From: an uncultured bacterium
GTDB lineage: Bacteria; JAGOEH01
DNA: 20,000 bases
NCBI GenBank assembly: GCA_964632485.1
Contig: CAZWDO010000010.1
Span: 114,909 to 134,908 of the forward strand
Reading direction: 5' to 3'
Shown here: positions 9,399-16,928 of the stretch, piece after piece
How positions within the stretch are numbered: the first letter of the stretch is position 1
Layout of the letters: the number at the start of each line of letters is the position of its first letter
Position numbers and translations under genes: made by a program
The notes under the pieces: generated by a model
Database searches by the model: none
The model's input: only the letters and a program-made list of their open reading frames with translations
What the model was told of the DNA's origin: nothing

Positions 9399-9524
9399 AC
9401 CTGAAATTGGATCAGGCGCAGTTAAAATGATTATTCTCAATTTAGAAAGTGATTCTTAGTAAATCTATCGCCGTGAATGGGATGTTTGTGAATCAATCAT
9501 CGGCGCTCAAGGAGAATTCATATA

Positions 9525-12500
9525 GTGGAAATCCGAATCCTGAAACCGAGGAAGGCGCTCAACAAAGCCTTTCTGAAAGTCAAACCCAACCGGACTGATA
9601 TAGAGCGTTTCAAAACTAATTTATCACAGTTGCTGGACAGGGTCAATGACAGCGAATCGGAGGAGTTCCATAAAAACCTCGTTTCTGATTTTCTTAAAGA
9701 TACATACTACAAGCAAAACCATTTTATTAATACAAAAGACAGAAGCGACCTTGTAATACATAGCGCAAACAGAGCTGCCAGTTCCGTGGCTGTTATTATT
9801 GAAGCGAAAAAACCGACAAACAGACCCGAAATGCTGAAAGCATTTTCACTGGTCGAAACGCCGCGACAAATGCTGTCCAAAATCAATGTCAAGGCATTTC
9901 AGGAATTGGTCTTGTATTATATGCGCGAGCGGATTTCTCAGAAAAATATTGAAATAAAGTACCTGATTGCAACCAATATCAATGAATGGTTTATATTTGA
10001 CGCAACGCTTTTTGAGAAGTTGTTCGCCCAGAATAAGAGCTTTGTACAGCGCTTCATTGATTTTGAAAGCAGGCGTTTGGCCGATACCCACACAGATTTT
10101 TTCTACAAACAGATCGCCGAGCCGTTTATTGCTGATTTAAACCAGGATATTGAGTTTACGTATTTCGACATTCGGGATTATGAAAAAGTTCTGCGAAATG
10201 CAGATAAAAAGGACGATAAACAACTGATCGCTTTATTTAAGTTGTTTTCGCCCGAACATCTGTTAAAATTGCCGTTCGCCAACGACAGCAACACTCTTGA
10301 CAGACGATTTTACAGTGAGTTGCTGCATATCATCGGTCTGAACGAAACCCGGACGGGAAATAGAAAACTGATCGAACGGAACCCGAAAGGGAAAAGAAAC
10401 ACGGGCTCGCTTCTTGAAAATGTAATTGTCCAGTTAGAGAGCCTTGACAAAATATCGCGATTGGATAACCCGGATCGCTTTGGAGCAAATTTGCAGGAAA
10501 GGCTTTTCAATGTCGGTCTTGAATTGTGCATTACGTGGATTAACCGGATTTTATTTCTGAAATTGCTGGAAGCTCAGTTGATTACCTATCACAAAGGCGA
10601 CAGATCGTATGAATTTTTGAAACTCGAAAAAATCAAAGACTACGATGAATTGAACAGTCTGTTTTTTCAGGTTCTTGCCCGTAAACAGAATGAACGCAAC
10701 GACGATGTAAAAGCTAAATTCGCAAAAGTTCCCTATCTGAACAGTTCTCTTTTCGAACCCGCCGATATGGAACATTCAACCCTGTTTGTCAGCAACTTAA
10801 GTAATGATAAGTCCATCCCGATTTTTTCGTCAACGATTTTGAAGGACAGCTCCGGAAGAAAGCGGAGTGGCAATATCGATTCGCTTGCATATTTATTCGA
10901 GTTTTTGAGCGCCTACGACTTTTCCAGTGAAGGAAGTGAAGATATACAGGAAGATAATAAAACCCTGATCAATGCGTCGGTTCTGGGTCTGATTTTCGAG
11001 AAAATCAACGGCTACAAGGATGGGTCTTTCTTTACCCCGGGGTTTGTTACCATGTATATGTGCCGGGAAACCATCTGCCAGTCGGCGCTTCAGAAATTCA
11101 ATGAAGTGAAGGGCTGGAATTGCCGCGATATTGATTCGCTTTACGACAAAATTGAAGACCGCGATGAAGCGAACAGAATCATCAATGATCTGAAAATTTG
11201 CGATCCGGCCGTGGGTTCGGGGCATTTTCTGGTTTCCGCGCTCAATGAAATCATTGCCATAAAAAATGATTTGAAAATACTGCAAGACCGTGAAGGCCGG
11301 CGATTGAAAGAATATCATCTCGAAGTGGTCAACGATGAACTGATCGTAACCGATGAAGATGGCGAACTTTTTGAATATAATCCCGCAAACAGGGAAAGCC
11401 GGCGTATTCAGGAAGCCCTTTTCCATGAGAAACAGGCAATCATTGAAAACTGTTTGTTTGGAGTGGATATTAACCCCAACTCAGTAACAATATGTCGGTT
11501 GCGTTTGTGGATTGAATTGCTGAAAAATGCTTATTACAAAAATGAAACCGAGCTTGAAACGTTGCCGAACATCGATATTAACATCAAGTGCGGTAACTCG
11601 TTGATCAGCCGCTTCCCCCTCGATGCCGATCTGAAGCAGGCGCTGCAAAAGAGCGCAAGTAAATGGACGATTGAGAGCTACCGACTGGCGGTTGATGCCT
11701 ATCGCAATGCGCAAAACAAAGAGCAAAAACGGGAGATGGAACGCTTGATCAAAGAAATCAAATCCAATTTCCGTAGCGAGATTTCTCAAAATGACCCCAA
11801 GGTAAAACGATTACGGAATGTAAACGGCGAGCTTTTTACGCTCATCAATCAAGGACAACTTTTTGAATTTTCGATAAATGAAAAAGCAGATTGGAACAAA
11901 AAAGTCGAAATGCTGACCGCCGAAATCCAACAACTGGAAGCCGAAATTGAAGAAATAATGAGTAATAAGATTTTTGAAAACGCGTTCGAGTGGCGTTTTG
12001 AGTTTCCCGAAGTGTTGAACGATAACGGCGATTTTACAGGATTTGATGGGGTGATCGGGAATCCGCCCTATATTCGTCAGGAAGAGTTGAAACCATTCAA
12101 GGCCTACTTTAAAATAAATTATAATTTCTATTCGGGCGCCGCGGATATCTATCTCTATTTTATCGAAAGAGGATTTGGAATACTGAAAGATGCCGGAGCG
12201 TTTACCTTCATCATGCCCAATAAGTTCATGCAGGCGGGTTATGGGATGCCCGCGCGAAAGTTCCTGGCTGAGAGTCAATTGCTGGAGATAGTGGATTTCG
12301 GCGACTATCAGATATTTGATGAGGCTACCACCTATCCGTGTATTTTGCGCGCCCGCAAGAACAGAGCCGTTGGGGATTTCGACGCGACTAAAATCATATC
12401 CCCTGATTTTGCGGCGAATTTCCCGCAGTATATCCGAACCGGTAGAAATCGCATGAAACAGGATGCCTTGAGCGCTGAGACATGGGTGATTGCCGCGCCG

Positions 12501-13385
12501 CGGGAACAGCATCTATTGCATAAAATCATCTCGCGAGGTTCAAAGCTGCATGAATATAGCGGACAGATGGGCAAATACGGCATCAAAACCGGATTGACGG
12601 AGGCGTTTCTGATTGACGGCGAAACGCGGGATCGAATTTTAGATGCCGATGCCGGTTCCCGCCGCCTGATCAAGCCCTTTTTACTGGGAAGGGACATCCA
12701 ACCTTATGCGAGCCCCAGCAACAGCAGTTGGCTGATTCTCATACCCAAGGGTTTTACCATCAGGCGCAACTTGCCGCCGGACCATCCCTACTACGTGGGC
12801 GAGCCGATGCCCCGCTATGGCTATATGGAATACGACGAGGCCTGGGCGTGGTTTGCCGGGAACTATCCGGGAATCGCCGCTCATTTGATCCGGTACCGGG
12901 ACCAGGCTGAGGCGAGAACCGACCGGGGCGATTACTGGTGGGAACTTCGGGCCTGTGATTATTACGACAAATTTGAGCGGCCTAAGATTATGTATCAGAG
13001 GTTCCAGGTAAAACCCTGTTTTATTTTGGATAATGAAGGGATGTACTGCAATGATTCAATATGGTTCATCCCGGGCGATGACCGGGTGTTGCTGGGGATA
13101 CTGAATTCAAAAATGGGGTGGTGGCTGATTTCCAAATATTGTACCGCGATTCAAAACGGATACCAATTGATTTGGAAATATTTTAGTCAAATTCCGATCT
13201 GCCTGGGTGATAGCGAGTTGAGAGAAGATATCGCGCGCCGGGTGGACAAAGTCCTGGTTATGAAAAAGCAGACCTCCGCCGCTGATACCACGGCGCTCGA
13301 AGCCGAGGTCGATCAATTGGTATATCGCCTTTACGCGCTTGCGCCCCCGGAAATTGAAATTATCGAGAACAGCATACGCTTATGA
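9525..13385 (+). CDS. Type IIG restriction-modification enzyme (fused endonuclease, N6-adenine methyltransferase and TaqI-like specificity domain), 1286 aa
   Basis: N-terminal PD-(D/E)xK-like 'SDLVIH...IIEAKKP'; 'LGLIFEKINGYKDGSFFTP'; motif I 'DPAVGSGHFL'; motif IV 'GNPPY'; C-terminal 'WWELRACDYYDKFERPKIMY' and 'VDQLVYRLYAL...EIEIIE'. Architecture of the Eco57I/Cj0031-like class. Confidence 0.93.
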   Translation: MEIRILKPRKALNKAFLKVKPNRTDIERFKTNLSQLLDRVNDSESEEFHKNLVSDFLKDTYYKQNHFINTKDRSDLVIHSANRAASSVAVIIEAKKPTNRPEMLKAFSLVETPRQMLSKINVKAFQELVLYYMRERISQKNIEIKYLIATNINEWFIFDATLFEKLFAQNKSFVQRFIDFESRRLADTHTDFFYKQIAEPFIADLNQDIEFTYFDIRDYEKVLRNADKKDDKQLIALFKLFSPEHLLKLPFANDSNTLDRRFYSELLHIIGLNETRTGNRKLIERNPKGKRNTGSLLENVIVQLESLDKISRLDNPDRFGANLQERLFNVGLELCITWINRILFLKLLEAQLITYHKGDRSYEFLKLEKIKDYDELNSLFFQVLARKQNERNDDVKAKFAKVPYLNSSLFEPADMEHSTLFVSNLSNDKSIPIFSSTILKDSSGRKRSGNIDSLAYLFEFLSAYDFSSEGSEDIQEDNKTLINASVLGLIFEKINGYKDGSFFTPGFVTMYMCRETICQSALQKFNEVKGWNCRDIDSLYDKIEDRDEANRIINDLKICDPAVGSGHFLVSALNEIIAIKNDLKILQDREGRRLKEYHLEVVNDELIVTDEDGELFEYNPANRESRRIQEALFHEKQAIIENCLFGVDINPNSVTICRLRLWIELLKNAYYKNETELETLPNIDINIKCGNSLISRFPLDADLKQALQKSASKWTIESYRLAVDAYRNAQNKEQKREMERLIKEIKSNFRSEISQNDPKVKRLRNVNGELFTLINQGQLFEFSINEKADWNKKVEMLTAEIQQLEAEIEEIMSNKIFENAFEWRFEFPEVLNDNGDFTGFDGVIGNPPYIRQEELKPFKAYFKINYNFYSGAADIYLYFIERGFGILKDAGAFTFIMPNKFMQAGYGMPARKFLAESQLLEIVDFGDYQIFDEATTYPCILRARKNRAVGDFDATKIISPDFAANFPQYIRTGRNRMKQDALSAETWVIAAPREQHLLHKIISRGSKLHEYSGQMGKYGIKTGLTEAFLIDGETRDRILDADAGSRRLIKPFLLGRDIQPYASPSNSSWLILIPKGFTIRRNLPPDHPYYVGEPMPRYGYMEYDEAWAWFAGNYPGIAAHLIRYRDQAEARTDRGDYWWELRACDYYDKFERPKIMYQRFQVKPCFILDNEGMYCNDSIWFIPGDDRVLLGILNSKMGWWLISKYCTAIQNGYQLIWKYFSQIPICLGDSELREDIARRVDKVLVMKKQTSAADTTALEAEVDQLVYRLYALAPPEIEIIENSIRL

Positions 13386-13512
13386 CAGGCATGATGATAC
13401 TTGAAATAGAATCTCTTCAAACGCAGCGCGCCCGCATTCGCCTGAATAGATATTGTGTTTCGATCAATGGGGTGTCATCTTTCGTTTTGTATGGGGGGCG
13501 GCGATAATTTTT

Positions 13513-14766
13513 CTAAAAATAATCGGTTTTCAGCAGGTAGAAGTTGAAGGGCGGGAAGAGGGTGGCGATGATTTGGCCATGAATTTCGTTGACTTCGGCT
13601 TCCGGTATGCGGCGAACGATGTCCCGCCATGATTCGCGGCCGCAAAGCAAGCGGCATAACTCACGGGATGGTAAGCGGATTTCGATGTTTTCAGTGTTTT
13701 GGGACAGTGGTTGCCCGGTGATGTGGAACTGGCCATCGCGGTAGAGCAGGCAGGCTTCTTGCAGAAGATCGTCGGGCCGGATGCGCATGGAAAACGAAAC
13801 ATCGTGATAGCGGGATTTTTCGATGCGGTGGTTCAATTCCGGCAACAGTTCGCTGAGCGCCTGGCGGAGATCGACGACGCGCATCATGGGGCCGCCGGCG
13901 CCTGGCGCGTTGTAGATGCGCTGCAACGTGGCGCCGCAATCCCGCAGGGTTGCGATGGCGGGACTGTCGGGATCCAGGTAAAACGGGATGATAGTCGTTT
14001 GCTAATGATGCGGCGACCGCCGCGCCTCGCCGAGCATCAGCCAGCGCGTGGGCTCGTCGATGGCAGCCAATTCCTTGACGGTAAACTGGTTGCTATACTC
14101 ATCGATTAAAAACAGATAGCCGATCAGCTTGCCGTCGCGCCAATAACCATGGAAATTTTTCCCCAACAGCCGAAAAGGATAGCCATATCCGCTTCGATCG
14201 ACCATGCCCGGGCAATTTTCGTATTCTTCTTCAGTCAACGCCTGAACCGCTTCCCGGTCGCGCTCCTCCCAGTTGCGGCGCTCGATCGCCTCATCCGGCG
14301 GGATATCGGGCAACAGGTGTCCCGGGATGGAGGTCAGGTGTTCGGCCAGCATTTCACTGTAACCGAAGCGCTCGTAATAGCGGGGGATGCCGTAGAGTAG
14401 GCTCAGTCCGTACGGTTTGCGGGCCATGGCTTCCACCGCGTGGGTCATGAGCCGGCCGGCCAGTCCGTGGCGGCGGTATTCGGGATGGGCGCAGACGTCG
14501 CCGATACCCGCGATAGTGAGCCGCGCGCGGCCGATGCGCACTTTTTTCTCGACGATCATGACATGCGCGACCACCCGCTCGCTATCCAGGGCGATCCAGG
14601 AGTTTTCCGGGCGGTAGTGGGGATCTTCGCGCTGATAGGCGATGATTTTGGTATAAAAATCGAAATAGCTGCGGCGGGCGAATACCCTGGAAGAGAGATC
14701 GGCGATCTGAATTAATTCCTCGTCCGTTGACGCTGGGCGTATTTCAAATGTAGTTTGTTCAGTCAT
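13513..14766 (-). pseudogene. Eis-like GNAT acetyltransferase (GNAT, second GNAT-like, SCP2-like C-terminus) interrupted by an in-frame TAG at 14002-14004
   Basis: ORFs 14002-14766 and 13513-13926 share a frame. Reading through the single TAG gives 417 aa (...GEARRSPHH*QTTIIPFYLDPDSPAIATLRDCGATLQRIY...). Acetyl-CoA motif 'GIGDVCAHPEYRRHGLAGRLM', 'LYGIPRYYERFGY', 'MMRVVDLRQAL', terminal 'TDYF'. Could be a true nonsense allele, a readthrough site or a sequencing error. Confidence 0.75.
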
Positions 14767-16072
14767 GATTTATCTCACTACTTTGAGGCTCTTCGATTTT
14801 TTTCTGCTGATCGCCGGTTATCTCAGGGAGTGTTTCCGGGAATGGTTGGAGGACGAAGTTATATACCGGAGACAGGTAAGGGGCTTTCAGGGTTAAGGCG
14901 GATACCAGCCCTGCCGCTATCAGAATGCTGAAAAAAACTACAATATTGGCGATATCCTGCACAATATCGGCATTGGCGACACCATATTGCAAAGGTATTG
15001 AGGCCAGCACGGCCGCCGCCAGCCCTTTGGGCACCAATGCGGCCATGGTGAACGCATCCTCGCGTTTTATGGCTTTTGACATGGTGAACCGAAGGCTCAC
15101 CAACCGTCCTAGGAAAATTAAAACCGTGATGGCAAAACCGCCGGCAATAATTTTCCAGTTGGTAAATTTTATGGATAACCCCAGATAAATAAAGAAGAAA
15201 ATTTTCAATAAAAATACGATTTCCTGAAAAAAGGTACGCTCATAAGATGATATTTCATCCTGCGGACCCACTCCGAAGCGGGTGAACTGGCGGATTCGTT
15301 CAACTGAAACAAGTTTCAAATTGGCCATGGTAATTCCGAACGAGAGGGAGGCAATGGCTCCGCTATAACCCAGAAATTCGGAAAAGCCGTAGAGGACAAA
15401 GATATAGGCCAGGGTGGTAATGGCGGTGTTGGGGAGCTGTTTAAGCCGTTTGAGCAAAAACGCCCAGAGAAATCCGCCAATCGAGCCAATTACTGCCGCA
15501 AGGATGAGTGATGCCAGAATTTTACCCAATATTTGCCCGGTTCCGATGCTGCCTGAACGGTAAGCCTCCAGCAAACTCATAGTGGTGACAATACAGATAA
15601 CGTCGGTGAGGGCTGATTCAAGAAAAAGAACCATATAGGTCAGTTTTCCTACCTGGAGTTTATTGATAATCGGAATTACGACCGCGGAACTCGTGCCTCC
15701 CAGAATTACGCCGGTCAGAAGCGCTACAATTTTCGGTACTCCGAATAGCAGCCACATGGGTAAAGCGACTAACCCGCAGGTTACGACGAATGTCACTAAT
15801 GTAACCACCAGGGTCTCGTCTATCGAATCTTTGATTTCGCTAATATTCAGATGGATGCCCCCTTCAAATAGAATGACGATCAAAGCGATGGTAGTGGCAA
15901 CGCTACCGAATTTACCGAAATCTTCCGGGCGGACCAGTCCCAGTATGGGACCGATTAGAATACCCAGAATCATCAGCAACAGAACGTCCGGAATCCGTGT
16001 GCGTTCGAAGACCGAAGTGAACAGGTGTGCGGAAAATATGATCAATCCGACCGCAATGATGACGATGGACAT
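14759..16072 (-). CDS. Cation:proton antiporter (CPA superfamily, NhaP-like), ~437 aa
   Basis: 'RTRIPDVLLLMILGILIGP', 'ILFEGG', 'ESALTD', 'VPKGLAAAVLA'; many TM segments. Start moved from 16117 to ATG 16072 because AGGAGG precedes it and the extra 15 codons overlap the promoter. The stop overlaps the GNAT start (ATGACTGA). Confidence 0.9.
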   Translation of the reverse strand: MSIVIIAVGLIIFSAHLFTSVFERTRIPDVLLLMILGILIGPILGLVRPEDFGKFGSVATTIALIVILFEGGIHLNISEIKDSIDETLVVTLVTFVVTCGLVALPMWLLFGVPKIVALLTGVILGGTSSAVVIPIINKLQVGKLTYMVLFLESALTDVICIVTTMSLLEAYRSGSIGTGQILGKILASLILAAVIGSIGGFLWAFLLKRLKQLPNTAITTLAYIFVLYGFSEFLGYSGAIASLSFGITMANLKLVSVERIRQFTRFGVGPQDEISSYERTFFQEIVFLLKIFFFIYLGLSIKFTNWKIIAGGFAITVLIFLGRLVSLRFTMSKAIKREDAFTMAALVPKGLAAAVLASIPLQYGVANADIVQDIANIVVFFSILIAAGLVSALTLKAPYLSPVYNFVLQPFPETLPEITGDQQKKIEEPQSSEINHD

Positions 16073-16103
16073 GGCGCCTCCTGAGGTTTGGGGTTTACTG
16101 TCA

Positions 16104-16133
16104 ATAATATAATACAAAAAAGGGAATTGTCAA
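16104..16133 (-). promoter_or_regulatory. Putative sigma70 promoter of antiporter-GNAT operon
   Basis: Minus strand TTGACA (16133-16128) followed at 16-18 nt by TATATT/TATTAT (16111-16104). Confidence 0.55.
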
Positions 16134-16504
16134 CAATAGATTCTTTAGTAGAAAATGTCGGCGGTGGACTGTGTGGTCGCAATCGTTACATTCGCGGCCG
16201 GGAGGGAAACGCGGCGACGAGGCGGATATTGGCCGGGCATCCGCATGAAACGCGCCGGATTCTTGCCGCGGAAAAATAATTGACGGGCCGCAATTGCCCC
16301 GCCTGGAAACGGGTTTGGGCGGCGGGGCGCGCCGAACGGCGGGAGTCTTTGCTGCAAGCGGGGCGCCAGTCGCGGGCTATCGACCGAGCGCGGCTTTCCG
16401 GCTTCCGGCTTCCGGGACGGAAACGGGTGTTGCCGCGGCGTTGATATCATCGAAGGATTCAGTAAAAAAAGTCATTCGTATCACTTTTGTATCAGAAAAT
16501 ATCA

Positions 16505-16533
16505 TTGACAAAACAGGATGTTTTGAATATATT
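16505..16533 (+). promoter_or_regulatory. Putative sigma70 promoter upstream of the large secreted protein
   Basis: TTGACA (16505-16510), 17-nt spacer, TATATT (16528-16533), in an AT-rich patch within GC-rich DNA. Confidence 0.6.
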
Positions 16534-16928
16534 GAAAGCCGGTTTCGCGTTTACGCGGAACCCGAGCGCAGGCTGTACCCGAAATCGAGAAAGGGGATTT
16601 TCCCGTCATTTCCGTATAACCATCTTTTCCCCGGCTGAAGTTTCCGCTTGCATGCGGCGGATATCGATTATATCCGCCGCGGCGGTATTGCGGCATAAGC
16701 GGGGGATAATCGTCCTTTTTACGAATGTATCGCGGTGAAAAGGCGTCGCGGGCAGCCAATGGCTCGGGAATTGGGCCGAAACGGTTCTTCATCCCGAAAA
16801 ATTGGCGGCGGCAAGGAATCAATGCGGTTGCGGGAAAGATTCTCCATGAAACGAGGGCGGTCCCGGCGCGGGGAATGCGCGCGGGGGAGCCGGAATCGGC
16901 GGATTTTACCGCCGGGAAAGGGATAGCC

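Noticed and set aside
9829..9875. 8-bp direct repeat AAATGCTG 39 bp apart in the R-M gene, as a possible insertion scar
   Set aside because: Short, in frame and explicable by two Met-Leu codon pairs; it cannot be supported without an alignment.
2514..13316. Numerous short antisense or alternate-frame ORFs inside the efflux, antiporter and R-M genes
   Set aside because: They are fully overlapped by well-supported genes and have no recognisable motifs or RBS support.
13513..13926. Independent 137-aa gene starting at TTG 13926
   Set aside because: It is the in-frame C-terminal continuation of the GNAT gene, and coding-like sequence continues upstream to the TAG.
14002..14004. Genome-wide TAG reassignment
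   Set aside because: The same gene appears to end properly at a TAG (13513-13515), and no other gene in the window shows an internal TAG.
16073..16117. N-terminal 15-aa extension of the antiporter in the ORF track
   Set aside because: It overlaps the predicted promoter, and a strong AGGAGG RBS supports ATG 16072.
16296..16416. GC-rich stems and a near-triple TTCCGGC repeat as an ncRNA or REP element
   Set aside because: Expected by chance at this GC content; no second copy or recognisable family.
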